Source: Camelus ferus (lineage: Eukaryota). From it: 64,000 nt of DNA. The notes beneath the pieces are model-generated. The model had not been told where the DNA came from. It did not search any database and worked only from the letters and a program-made list of their open reading frames with translations. Within the stretch, counting starts at the first letter, position 1; the number at the start of each line of letters is the position of its first letter. A program made the position numbers and the translations under genes. Below are positions 1 to 12,854 of this stretch, in pieces. Where the stretch lies: the NCBI RefSeq assembly GCF_009834535.1, contig NC_045696.1, forward strand, positions 31,436,001 through 31,500,000, given 5' to 3'.

Positions 1-971
1 TTTCTTCCTTAACATCAATTCATTATTCAAATTGTGACCTTCTCAGTATTGCCTTTCCTTACCACACAATCTAATAAAGAAATCTCTATCTCACAACTCG
101 CTTAGATGTGAACTTTTGGAATTCTGTGTATGGATTCTCAATGATGTGTTCTCACGTGTGTACTTGTAAGCTTTTTATTTTCGGAGGATGTTACAAGCCA
201 TGAATTTATCCTACGTGACACAACACAAAGAATAAAATATGTACATTTTCAATTCATAGTTTTAGGTAAAACATTATGTTAAAAAAAGAAAAAATATTAG
301 AGGCTTAGCACCAAATTTACTTAGAAATTTTACTAATTTAATAAATTGGTAAAAATATTGAAAAATATAAAGGGGCTACAGAGATGGCATTCATCTTTCA
401 ACTATTCTTATGTTTAGATAGTAAGCATAGTTACTAGCATAGTTAATGAATTATAAATTTTCATATATTCTGTATATTTTAATAATTTTGACAAATAACT
501 ATGTTTTAGGATATGTGTTCAGTCTTGACTGAAGGCAAAGGAAATCACTCTATGACTTATTAGAGTCTTTTCTGTTAGTTTAATTCTATAAAGTAGCATT
601 CTTTTCAGAACATGCAAGAAAATAAGCAAAAGATTAGCAGCAAAACGTAGCATAAGTGGATTAGTCATCTGAGCAGTCGTGAAGGTAATCCTTTTTATTT
701 GGGAGGAAAACACACTAAATGGAGAATTTACACATCTTTGGTATTAAGCTTTATTAATAAAAGGAAGCTGAAAATAATGGGTCTCTGCTTTTTCTGAAAT
801 ATGACCTTTATTTCAGCATATAGGCTTGAGTATTATATATGATCAAGAATAGTTAACCCTGTGACTATGTGTGACATATAGAAATTAATCAGTCCACAAC
901 TCATATGTACAATTTGCTAGTCCTTTATCTTGATTACAATTTGAAATTTCATGAACTTCGTGTTTGTTTAA

Positions 972-1367
972 GATGCCATCAGAGAGTGTTGCCTGTTATG
1001 CAGAAAGTGTCAGTCAATGCAACAAACTTCACTGTTGCCTTATTTTAAATTGCCATAGTCACCCCGACCTTCAGCAACCAACACCCTGACCAGTCAGCAG
1101 CCATCAACACTGAAGCAAGACCTTCTCTCAGCAAAAAGATTGCTACTTGCTGAAGGCTCAGACGATGGTTAGCACTTTTTAGCAATAAAATATTTTCTAA
1201 TTAAGGTATGTACATTGTTTTTCAGACATGATGCTGTTGCACATTTGATAGGCCATAGTATAGTCTAAACATAATTTTTATATGCACTAGGAAACCAAAA
1301 AAAAATATTGTGTGACTCACTTGATTGTGATAATCATTTATTGCGGTGATCTGGAGGAGTGCTTGTA
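972..1367 (+). mobile_element. Tigger1 DNA transposon (TcMar-Tigger), 3' terminal fragment
   Basis: Close resemblance to the recalled Tigger1 3' end (ccttcagcaacc...cagtcagcagccatcaaca...gctgaaggctcaga...ttagcaataaa...tgtgactc...ttattgcggtgatctgga), ending in a decayed TIR plus TA. Confidence 0.85.
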
Positions 1368-1770
1368 CAGTCAGTGATTTTGCCTGTGGAGCCCTCTAGA
1401 GATGAGGGAGCAAAACATACTGGGTATAGCAGGTCACCATGGCTGAGGACAGTTCTCTAAAGGGGAGCAACAGAGAGCCACAGCAGCAGGAGCAACAGCA
1501 GTTTGGGAAAAGAAATAGGTTCAACTTCTCAGAAAAAGCTATCTAGGAAGAGAGCCAACCACATCCATTACATCATCCAAGTGATTTCTACAACCCTGTT
1601 ACTCCTCTGTTTACAATCCCTCAGTCGCTTCCTACAGGCTTCAAATTTAACTCCAAATGACATAACATTGCATGCTTTTGTTCGCTTTCAATTTATCTAT
1701 CTTTACACTCTATCCATATGGATCTTTTTTGATTTTTAAAATGCTATCTTTGACATATATTTGTATCCTT

Positions 1771-2354
1771 TTTCGAGAAATGGCTCTGTGCACAACATAA
1801 AAGTTGAGAGGTATGTTTTATTCGGTGGATACTCTAAGGACTTCAAGCCTGGGAGGCAGCCTCTCAGACTGCTCTAAGAGACTACGCCAAAAGGAGAGGA
1901 GTTAGGAGATATAGTAGCTTTTGCAATAAAGATCAGGTAGTCAGAACATTAAAAGATGACTGTTTATCTCTCCCCCTTTGGAGAGGGCCCACTCTGTGTA
2001 TGTACCTACTTTTACTCTAATTTGAGCACCCAACCCCCAAACCTCGTGGCCTTTCTCTTGCCTTTCGATGTATAACTCTATATAAATCTGCCTTTACTCA
2101 AAAAAAAAAAAAAAGACCTGTTTATTAAAGAAAACCAGATATCTCAAGTTAATAAATTTGCTGCTTTTCTATGTATAGGACGATGCAAACTGGGCTCACT
2201 GAAACCATTTCTTTGATAGACACCTTAACTATCTAAGGCCAGTATCCTGTGCTTCCCGTCCCGAGTCTCCTCTGGGGGGCACTGTTGGAGGTGGCTGCAA
2301 TGTGATGCAACCTCTTTTGTTTACTGACATGGCAGGTAATATTTTTCATTCACA
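1771..2354 (-). mobile_element. ERV1 solo LTR, MER41-like, interrupted by a nested insertion at ~1968-2114
   Basis: Minus strand starts TGTGAATGAAAAAT and contains MER41-type motifs (catagaaaagcagcaaatttattaacttgagatatctggttttctttaat). The halves join across the nested insert. Confidence 0.7.
1968..2114 (+). mobile_element. Short polyadenylated retroposed fragment, probably the 3' (R-region) end of an LTR/ERV transcript
   Basis: About 132 bp pyrimidine-rich segment, TATAAA at 2081-2086, A15 tail at 2100-2114. Imperfect TSD aaaagatgactgtttat (1951-1967) / aaaagacctgtttat (2111-2125). TT|AAAA at 1949-1954. Confidence 0.65.
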
Positions 2355-2369
2355 GTTCCATTTTTTATT

Positions 2370-2625
2370 AGCCTTCCTAGCCTAGCTAAAATTTCATTTC
2401 CTTCTAAATACCTAACCACATCCTCTACACCCTACCCTAGAGCATAGCCCTTTCTATCCGCCCCCTCTAGCATTTACAATACTCCCATGTAAGTATCTGT
2501 TCACTATTCTCTCACCTCACTAGCAGAGATTTCTGTAAGAACAGGTACTGTGGCTTTTAAGTCTTTATCAAATGTCTTAACAGATGGTAAGCATTGAATA
2601 TATTTTTTCTTAAATAAATGAATTA
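2370..2625 (+). mobile_element. L2 3' end, highly decayed
   Basis: Ends in an L2-type terminus (...aagcattgaatatattttttcttaaataaatgaat). Confidence 0.45.
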
Positions 2626-2719
2626 ATTTAACAGGGTTAAAATGCTTGAGGTAAGAAAAAATAGAATGTATTGTCATATTTTGAATTCAGTTTCATCAGA
2701 TTCTAAAGCCACCCCCCTC

Positions 2720-2743
2720 TTTTTTTTTTTTTTTTTTTTTTTT
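2720..2743. repeat. poly(T)24 run
   Basis: Seen directly. Confidence 0.95.
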
Positions 2744-4134
2744 ACTATAATAAGGTCGTTGGATAATTACACTATGGTATTTGAAATTATGTGTCTCTCA
2801 TTTTATTGGTAACCTAAGATTATCTCAAGTTTGTGTATTTAGACACATAATCATATATTTGAAGTTAAAGACCTGTATAGGTGTTTATATATCCAAGGAC
2901 TACTCTGGGATCAGACGGGTTCCCCAAGGTTAATCTGCTAATGCCAAGACTGATATTTTTCCAATAGCAAATTGTGTTCTTAAGTAGGACTCTGCAGGAT
3001 TATGCTATACTCAATTATGGTTGCTATTGTAGTTGTCTGTGGATGTATGACTCTACTTCTATTTATCCAGATTTTAATTTTGCTTATTTTCAAACTTATA
3101 TCCTGTAATCCACTAAAGGACAATAGGAAAATTAATTAACTCTCCTATAGTTGTCATACTTTCTTTCATTTTTCCTTTTCCCATGATATATCTGAAAAAA
3201 AAATCCCTCCGATTAGTTGATTTTTTCTTTTCCTCATTAACACTTCAAATATATTTCCATTTATGTATTACTTCATCTTCTTTTGCCTCTATATTAGTTT
3301 CATGTAGTTCACATGCATACAACACATATTTACACAGTATAAATATTTTCATTCTAACAACATTACATAATATCCAGCATGGCTATCATGTTAGGATGTG
3401 GCTCTTTACATTAAAAAAAAAAAAATTGATACCCTTCAGTTAGATGTTGTTAAGATCCACGTTTTTACCTAGTCTTCTGCAGAATATTTTATTTTTCATC
3501 CATGTTCTCTGTCATCAACTGATCTTTTTCTCTATTGCAAACCAATCTGAGTCAAAATGGTCATTTTCTTACATTGCTGGCTGGATACCAACTTCACTCT
3601 GTTTGCAGTCACTCTCTTCACACTCAAATGTAGAAACTTTATCAACTGTTCCTCTGTGCTGTATAGAACTATACTTTATTCATTCTAATGAATAAGCTAA
3701 ATCTTCTTTGGCTCCTGCTTTTGGTAGAAAAATAGTAACTTCTAAGTTGATTTCCACCAGAGCAAGTCTTCTCCACTTTTCAAAAGTCATTGATTTCAAG
3801 TAATATTCTAGATTATACTTTTAGACATGCCTTTGGCTATAGCACCCTGAGGTTTTTCTTTTTAATAATTTCATTTCCATTAGTCCTGCACTACAGAAGC
3901 ACTGCCTAGAAATGCTTATGCTATCAAAGTGTTGATAGAAGCTTGACTCGGGTTCAGCATAGGTCACAAGGATGACAAGTGCAAGTAACCCACAGATAAG
4001 CCCAGCACTTATTAGTGACAAGAGAAGCTGGATAATATTACCTCTTCCATGCTGAACTTCTATTTTGTTCAATCTACTAGGTTACAGGTACTTGCTCCCT
4101 TGATTCTGAGTTATTGCTAGGAAACAAGTGGTAT

Positions 4135-4216
4135 TTCCATTTCACAGATGAGGTTTTAGCAAGGTTAAGCAATTTGTTCAAGAACCTTGAGCTTGTAAAT
4201 GTCAGAGCTGGGATCT
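4135..4216 (-). mobile_element. MIR SINE core fragment
   Basis: ccatttcacagatgagg...aggttaagcaatttgttcaag...gtcagagctgggat matches the reverse complement of the MIR core. Confidence 0.7.
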
Positions 4217-4304
4217 GCCTCATGCCATCTCCGTAGTTAAACAGTCAGTCATTGGATCTGAACTTTCTGTAATTAGTTTTCTCAACTCTCTCTTTGCTTT
4301 ATTT

Positions 4305-4442
4305 ACCATGCACTTATATCATGCCCACCATGTGCCAAGCACTGCCCTAAGGGCTTTAAAAGTAGAAAAAAAATATTTACTCATAGCAATCCTACAAGTT
4401 ATGCATTGTCATCTTCGTTTTAGAGAAGAGGAAACTGGAGCC
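4305..4442 (-). mobile_element. MIR SINE fragment
   Basis: ccatgtgccaagcactgccctaagggcttta...gcaatcctacaag...ttttagagaagaggaaactggag. Confidence 0.65.
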
Positions 4443-5020
4443 AAAAACGTTCAGCATATAAATACTTTTTCAATATATGGACACATGTAACTACATTCTC
4501 CAATGTAATAAAGTCATTGCATATTTTGAAATTTAGTTTTGTTTTAAAATAGGTTTATATTCAGTAGCAGAAGTTTTTGTTTGAGCTCTAGCAATGAATT
4601 GTCCATGCCTGGAAGCCATTTACCTTTTAAGCCTCGGTTGCTCTAACTGCCACTACCACTATTTCCTTTTGGCAGCTACTAGACTTTCAGTCTGAGAAAC
4701 TTGGGATTAATAACAGTTTCTAGGAGATGAACATTAGAGATCCAATATATTTCATTGATGACACATGCCCTACTTCCTCAATATCCTTCACTCTAGTCAA
4801 GGCTCTTTGTGACTGGAAGAAAGAAATACTTTGCAGCCTTCCTAGAACTACAGGCTGCTGACAAGGACCATTAACTAATTTAGATTTAAGTGTCTGTGGA
4901 ATTGCTGGCTAGAACTACTACAGTGGTGCCATGGGTTAATAAAGGTTTACTTCTATCAAGGGCTCTCCGGTTCTGCCCGTGTCTCGTATTTCCTCATTGG
5001 AACTTAATGCACTGGAAACT

Positions 5021-5044
5021 TGTGTGTGTGTGTGTGTGTGTGTG
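5021..5044. repeat. (TG)12 microsatellite
   Basis: Seen directly. Confidence 0.97.
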
Positions 5045-6989
5045 TTCATTGTTTATAGGAACAAATAAGATAGTCTGAATAAAATGTAGATTTTATAATA
5101 CGCAATCAAGTGAATAATTTACATGTATTGCATTAACAAGATCAGGAGAAAATGTGTTATCATTGGTTTACACGGGTTCTCTGTGATGTTATTTGCTGTG
5201 ATGTTCTTCACATGAATTGCTCTGACAGTTTTTATATCTCGTCATTGCATGCTGATGGCAGTGTGCAAATAGGTTTGCCACATAGGAATTACCTGTCCCA
5301 CAAGTTCATTTTCAATGGCATTCTAAAGATCAACCATCCTTGCAGGAGTTAAGGAAGATTTATAGAATCATTGCAATGCAAATCCTTAGAAAGACAAAAA
5401 TTGCTGACAGTTTTGTGTAGAAGAGAATATAATGAAGTACTATTTTCGTGTTTTATCTAAGTTTTAGATTTAGCTGATATACAATAAAAATATAACATTC
5501 AATTTCCATATATCAAATTTTAATGTTTTTTCTTTGCATGTTAAACAACGGGTCCTGAGAAATCCTTACAAGGAGACTACACTAGAAACAAAAATAGCTA
5601 ACATGTTAAAAAAGTAGAAATGCCAACACCTTATTCATTATATAAAGAAGTGGTTTATGAAGAAAATTATCTGGATATCGATTTTCAAACAAAACTAGAA
5701 ATTCTCCAACTTCTCTATTTGGAAGTCCACATTTGCTTGGTCATAGAGAGCTAAAAATACTACTGAAAGAAAAACAAGCATATTATAATATTATGGTGAA
5801 TATGTATATAAACATATGAAAAGACATATACACATATAGGCTATATATATACACACATATATACAAAACTTTTTTTAAGTGTTCTAACCTCTTGCATATA
5901 AGTGATGTCAATCTTATACATTGTTTCAAAATCAGCAAGGACATTCACTAAAGTTAACCACTTTATTTGTGCATAAAGAAGAAAAACTCTCAGAAGTCAT
6001 TACTTGATTTACTTCCTTGTGACTAGTGGGCTGATTATGTATTTTCCACTATTTTATGGATGCACTCAGCATTTTATTGTATACTACTTTATATGCTACA
6101 AGGATAAGGAAATATTTATTATGCTTCTGCATATGTAAAGGATTGCATATATAATTTAAAAATCAGGTACATAAAGGAAATGATACAAAGAAGTATTTGC
6201 ATTCTAAAAGGCATTAAAATGGAAATACCTAGAATTAGAAGTTCAAAATATAGCTGATTGAAGTTAAACTAGGGTATAATTTGAGATTACCAATTATAGA
6301 TTTGTAATATATTGTCAGTTCCTTGAAGATAGTGGTTGAATCTTAGAAGTTCACTCTAGACTATAATTTCTTGCATTTTATTTTATAAATATGACTTGCA
6401 AATCATTTGTTAAATAAGTGAACTCAATGCTTTGAGCAAAAATGTATTATTCTTCTTTCAAAATATATGTATTGACTCTACTTTCCTCATCTTTCTCTCC
6501 TCTACTCTGTCCTAATCTTCTATAGAAAATACTAATAACTTCCTTCACACATCAAGTTCTTTCTTTTGTAATATACAAGCCATGTTGCCACTTTCTTTTC
6601 CTAAATTTTTCATAGATTTAAACATTTTAAAGGACAGTTTAAGAACTTTGTAGAACTTCATATTGCTTACAGGAAAATGTTCCATAATACAATTCAGTGA
6701 CAATAAAATCCTCTCCCTAACTTACTCTCTTAAGCCTTCTGTCACTTCAACACTCTCTCTACCAACTCTGCTCCCAATCTCTTTCTTCTATGTCTGTTTT
6801 AGTGAGTCTACAATCTTAATATATTGAACTTTCATTTAATATTTGTTTTATGCCTCAAACTATACTGGTCCATAATAATACAAATATAATAAGTAAGACA
6901 TAATCTCTATTCCTGTATCTGCTTGACTCCTGGTGTGCTACATTTCTCTTCTGCCTCATTCACACTAGTGAAAGGACACTCATTTTTCA

Positions 6990-7250
6990 TAATCTGCGTT
7001 TTCTTGGAAGGCATTTCCAATGTCAAAAAAAAAAAGAGCTAACTATTTTTGTCCTCTGTATTCCCATAACATTTTGTCCATATCACTGACACAGCCCCAA
7101 TAGTTATGAAATTTGATTGGTTACATAAATTCATTGTTTCACAAATTTTGAGGTCCTTGAGATTAGGGACCATATTTCACTTGTATATGTATTCCTAGAA
7201 AAAAATATTGGGGCTTATGCGTAATATATATTCAATAATTGCTTGAATGG
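6990..7250 (+). mobile_element. L2 3' end fragment
   Basis: tgaggtccttgagattagggaccatatt...ttcaataattgcttgaatg is a typical L2 3' terminus. Confidence 0.6.
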
Positions 7251-8699
7251 CAATTTCATTAGAAAAATAATAGTCAAAGCATCCATATGTTTGTGATTTA
7301 TTTTAATAACTAATCTGTTTTCTTATCCTACTCCAAAAAACAATATCTGAAATTTTATGAAATAATGTACATGCACATATATAGGCACATAGATAGAAGC
7401 ATCAGTGACCATAAAAAAAATTAGGAACTGGTGATTGCTGATCTTAGTGACCATTTACCTTCAAATTTCAATTTGGTATTAACCCTACTACTTATATAAA
7501 ATATTTTAATATTAAATGTTTAAAGGAGATACCCATACTTATAAACATCACAATGAAAAATAAAATTATGCACATAGGCAAAATTTTCCAGGTCAAAATT
7601 TAATTCAATCTTAATTATACTAATATACTCACAGATTACTCAAAAAATTAGTAAGACTATGTAAGTCATATTTTCTTTGGAGCAAAATCACTAAACTGCT
7701 GAAAAGAAACTGTCACAAGATAATGTTTTCCTTGAAGCATACATTTTCTCTTGTTGATTTTGGCTAAAATTAATTTTATGATGCTATTTGAGAAATACTG
7801 ATAAGCTGAGAATATTAGTTGTCACGTGCATGAGTATAGCATAATCTGGGAAGGCTCTTAAATTATTTTTAGAGGATCTTGCATATTTTTATATTATAAA
7901 TTACTCCAAATGCTCAATCTTGAAGAAGAGTCTGTGAATATATTATATAAATTAAATAAAATATGAATATAGTTTCTTGCTCTCCAAAACACAATAGCAC
8001 ATTTTATGTATAAAAACATTAAAATGACTTTCAAACTTAAATTGCCTTTTCTGGAAATGAAATCAACCTAGACACAAAAGTGGCAAAAATATGACATTTA
8101 CTCCATGGTACACAAAAGGAAAAGGGAAAGCGTACTTTGAAGGACATTGGCCTGTGGCATAAACAAGTGAAGAAGAAAATCATAAAAATAAATTTATTCT
8201 TTAGTTATGTTTATGCCCATTTATTAAATGAAAATAAGAGAGTCACACTGCATCAAATGTATCCAAGAATGTTCACTTACTCTAGGATCTAGTAAGAGAA
8301 AAATTGAGCAAAAAACAATTTTAAAAGAATGCATTTAGCTCATTAAAGACTGCTTTGAAAGTTTTCATGTTGAAGGAAAAAGATTTAGGAAATAAGCACT
8401 ATAGAGTAATTATGAAACATTTTGACTGTGACACACTAACCATTGTATCATTATTCAGCACACGCAAACACACTCAGATACACAGACACATATGGAGAGA
8501 AAGAGAGAGAGAGAAGGAGAGAGAAGTTACTTAGTTTCATTATGTCCATCAAGGAAAGCTCCAGAAGTATAGTATTACATTAGAAATTATGTTGAAATAT
8601 CACATGCTCCTGGTTTTCCACCATTTCTCATTCTCTTTTACTAGCTTTTCTCATGCACAAAATATTGAATTGTGAATTGTCCAGCGTGTAGTGTCAATT

Positions 8700-9000
8700 C
8701 TCATTTTTCTCTGTACTCAATCCCTTAGTTATTTCATCCATGTCCACATTCACATACTGCCTCTAAAGAGATGACGATGAAATTTTACTATCTGGCCAAA
8801 CTTCTCTCCTAGATTTTACACTTAGACACAGAATTGTATTTGCAGCATTCTACTTGGTTTCCTTAAGGAATTTTAAATCTAACCTGTCCAAAATGGAAAC
8901 TATTTTGTTGTTATTACCCATTACCTGCTCCTCCCCCACACCCATAAGTAAGACCAACCCTGATTCAGTTGCTCCATCCAAATCATTCCTCTGTGACTCA
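8700..9000 (+). mobile_element. L2 internal fragment
   Basis: cccttagttatttcatccatgtcc...aatctaacctgtccaaaatggaaact...cctgctcctccc resembles the L2 ORF2/3' region. Confidence 0.6.
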
Positions 9001-9316
9001 AGAATCAGTCAGAATTTTTAAACACCTAAGATTTCGATTCTTTAATCTTGTCTTAAGCATATGTTTTGTATTATTGCAACATTGTCAGAAAATGAGTAGG
9101 CATGATTTCCTTTGGGAGATATTGATAAAAGTTTCCAATTCCCTTAACTTTACATATCATAAGTAAGGTGATAATTTGCAAAATACTCATACTCATTTGG
9201 AAATGATAATCCCTTTCTCTCAATTAAAAAAAAGAAAGGATGGGGAAGGAGGGACTGAGAGGGAGGGGGAGAAGAACAAGAAAGCATAGCAAAATGGCTT
9301 ATAAGTAAACTTCATA

Positions 9317-9460
9317 TTTTCTTTTTCTTCCTTTTTTATTGGTGTATAGTCAGTTTACAATGTTTTATCAGTCTCTGGTGTACAGTATAATGTTTCAGTC
9401 ATACATATGCATACATATATTCATTTTCATATTCTTTTTAATTATAGGTTACTATAAAAT
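9317..9460 (-). mobile_element. Young L1 extreme 3' end, 5'-truncated
   Basis: T-rich tail, then tattggtgtatagtcagtttacaatgt...ctggtgtacag. Homologous to the tails at 16520-16664 and 22140-22373. Confidence 0.8.
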
Positions 9461-9744
9461 TAAATTACCAATACCAGTTGGAGAAAATTAGTAGAAGACC
9501 AGGAAAAAATCATCAATTATGTAATTACCTGCTATGAAGAAAACATGGCTAATAAAGAGAGGAACTACTAATGTCATCTACAGAGTGTTATACTACACAC
9601 AAAATATCCACCCTGTAATTATTGATGATTAAAAGTATACTTGACATTACCATTGGCTGTATGTAATTTTACTTTCCTGTTTGAAATTAGAATCCTACTC
9701 TGTGGAAGATGCAACTTCACCATTTATATAATTTTGACACAAAA

Positions 9745-10650
9745 TGTCATTTTACATATTTATTGTTTTCTATATGTGAGGCAATGTTTTAAGCTCAGGC
9801 CATAGTAAAATAAAGATAGGCAATGTCAATAGGATCCTAGTCCTATTTGGAAAGAGATAATAAATAAGCAAATACATTTATAAAATAAATAAAAATCATT
9901 TCAGCTTATGAATATATTGAAGTATATGATAGTTTGTAATGAAGCATTACTTTAGATGAAATACTTGGGGAAAACTTTTCTGTGCAAGTGACATTTGAAC
10001 AGATATTTGAAAAATGGGAATGTGTTGGCCAATTGAAACATCTTGGGGACAGCTTTCCAGGTGAGGAACCAGCAAATGCAAAGTAGTGGGAAAAGTTGTT
10101 ATTTTAAAGAGGAATAGGAGGAACGCCAGTGACACTGAACTGAGTGGGATATTTGTATAAAATATATGGAGTCTCTGCCTATATTCCTATATTTATAAAG
10201 GAATTTATAGACTCCATTCAGTAAGATTTGGAAGGTGTTATTATAGAATTTAAATTTTATTGGAAATTCAGTGGGAATATGTTGAGGATTTATATAGATG
10301 AAAGGCAGAGGAATATTTTTATATTATAAAACATAACTGACGTATTCTATGAAGAATAATCATTGAGAAGGCAAATACAGTATTCCAGGCCAGATATGAT
10401 GTTGACTTGTGGTGGAGTTGGGGCCATGGAAAAAAAAATAAAACAGATTTGAAATACAAGTTGGAGGCAGAATCAATTGTAATTAATAATGGATTTGATG
10501 GAGAATAGCATGATTGAAGGAAGAAATTACAAGGGACTCAGGTTTCACCTCTAGAAACTAAATGGGTATAAAGCCTTTTGATGGGACACAAGAGTCACAG
10601 ATAGGAATAAACTGGTGAGGCTGTGAAGTGTGGAATCAAGTGCATTATTT
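9745..10650 (-). mobile_element. L2 fragment
   Basis: Reverse-complement L2 motifs (catatttattg..., gacatttgaacagatatttgaa, ttccaggtgaggaaccagcaaatgcaaag, ttggaggcagaatcaa). Confidence 0.7.
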
Positions 10651-10654
10651 CATA

Positions 10655-10765
10655 TAACTTCATAATAAACTTACTGTGAGAGTCAAGAGATTTGTGGTAT
10701 GTAAAGCACTGTGGTCATCTCCCGGCACATAGTAAATAATTACTACATATATTATTACTATCCTG
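10655..10765 (+). mobile_element. MIR 3' part
   Basis: tgtgagagtcaagaga...tatgtaaagcact...cccggcacatagtaaa...attattacta. Confidence 0.55.
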
Positions 10766-10899
10766 ATTATAATTAATATCAATTTTAATATTGGTTTAAT
10801 ATCAAGCTTAATAATTTCATAGTATATTAACAGCCCCCTGAATACTGATTTCCATATTCTGTTGGCTTAACTAATTATTCAAACAGATTTGTGTTGCTA

Positions 10900-11225
10900 T
10901 TTTTAGTGAAGTATAGTTGACTTACAATATTATATTAGTTTCTGGTGTACAACACAGTGATTAAATATTTTTATAGATTATACTCCATATAAAGCTATAA
11001 AATATTGGCTGTATTTCCCTGCTGTACATTACATCTTTGTATCTTATTTATTTTATAGCTAATAGTTTGTACCTCTTAATCCCCTTCACCTATCTTGCCC
11101 CTCCTCTGACTCCTCTGCACTGGTTATCACTAGTCTGTATCTGTGAGCTTGTTTCTGTTTTATTATAGTCATTCATTTGTTCTATTTTTCAGATTCCACA
11201 TTTAAGTGAAAACAAATAGTTATTT
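10900..11225 (-). mobile_element. L1 3' UTR fragment (cetartiodactyl-type)
   Basis: tgaagtatagttgacttacaatattatattagtttctggtgtacaacacagtgatt...agattccacatttaagtga. Confidence 0.8.
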
Positions 11226-11370
11226 ATGGGTTGATCTTTTTAAATGACACGGCTACATGGTGGCATTCTACATTCATTCTTTCACATAAAAATATTTCTC
11301 TGAGTTGTGGTGAAATGTGGACATTCACTTGGTGGTTATAAATGTAATTGAGTCATAGTTTTTCCATACA

Positions 11371-11728
11371 CTTCTTTACTTTTTAATCAGGTATAATTGA
11401 TATATAACATTACAGCAGTTTCAGTTGTACAACATAGTCATTTGATATTTGTATATATTTCATAGTGATCCTCACAATAATTCTAGTTAACATCAGTTAC
11501 CATATATATTTATAAATTTTTTCTTCTGATGAGAACGTTTAAAATCTACTGTCTTAGAAATTTGCAAATATGCAATAGAGCACTGTTAATTATAGTTGCA
11601 ATGCTGTACATTTCATACCTATGAGTTATTTATTTCATAACTGGAAGTTTGTACCTTTCAACCACCATTACCTAGTTTGTCCAACCCCAACACCCTGCCT
11701 CTGGCAATCAGAGATCCATTCTCTTTAT
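11371..11728 (-). mobile_element. L1MA9-like L1 3' end
   Basis: ggtataattgatatataacatta...gtttcagttgtacaacatag...ggaagtttgtaccttt...cctctggcaa. Confidence 0.8.
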
Positions 11729-11729
11729 T

Positions 11730-12406
11730 CATCACTTCTTATCTGTTAGAATGACTATTATTAAAAAGACAAGGAATAACAAATATTGGTGAGGAAGTGG
11801 TGAGAAAAATAAAAGTTCTTCAAAAAATTAAAAATAGAACTACTAAATGATTCAGCAATTCTACTTCTGAGTATCCAAAAAAATGGAAAAAATAATTCAA
11901 AAAGACATACACCCACCCATGTTGATTGCAGCATTATTTACAGTGGCCAAAACATGGAAGCAACCTATGTGTCCATGAATGGATGGATGGATAAAGAAAA
12001 TGTGTTATGTATGCATACAATTAAATATCATCAACCATAAAAAAGAAGGCAATCTTACATTTGTGACAACATGAATGGACCTTGAGGGTATTATGCTAAG
12101 TGAAATAAGTCAGACAGAGAGAGATACTGTATGATCTCACTTATATGTTGGATCTAAAAAAAATTAAAATAAATTTAAAAATGAGCTCTGGATAGAGAGA
12201 ACATATTGATGGTTGCCAGAGGTGAAGGCTAGGGTGTGGGTAAAATGGATTAAAGAAGTGAAAAGGTCCAAATTTCCTGTTATAAAATAAGTCATGGGGA
12301 TGTAATGTACAACATGGTGACTATAGTTAACACTGCATTGCATATTTGAAAGCTGATAAAAGAATAAATGTAAAAAGTTCTCATCATAAGGAAAAAAATT
12401 TTGTAA
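11730..12406 (+). mobile_element. L1MA9-like ORF2 C-terminus plus 3' UTR, no poly(A) tail, inverted relative to its neighbour
   Basis: tgttagaatgactattattaaaaagacaag...gcagcattatttacagtggccaaaacatggaagcaacc...gaccttgagggtattatgctaagtgaaataagtcag. Confidence 0.85.
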
Positions 12407-12854
12407 AGTTACTTGAGTCAGTTTTTCCTGTTCATGTGATTATAGTAAACTTACTTTTGGTGTTGTTTTCCTGAATCATTATGACTTATTTATACATTTT
12501 GAATATTAGCCCTTTGTGTGATATATTTTGCTAATATTTTAAATTTTCTTTACAAATTCAATGGTGATTTTTGCTTACATGAAAGTGTTTGTTTATACAG
12601 TTTTACTTTATCATTTTTAATTTATCTTACTTTATTGCATCTAAATTTTGAGTCATAAAAAAGTTCATACCTGTATCCATTTTACATAGACATTCACCTA
12701 TATTTATTTCCTAGAACTTAAATATTTTTAAAAATATTTAGATCTCTGATATACTTAGATACTTACTTATTCTTATGTATAATGTATAGACTTATGTTAA
12801 TGCTTTTTCTAAATAGCTCTCTGGCTGTTCCAGAATCATTTATTAAAAATTCCT

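Noticed and set aside
1771..2354. Interferon-responsive GAS (STAT1) sites known from some MER41 LTRs
   Set aside because: No intact TTCNNNGAA was found by eye in this copy.
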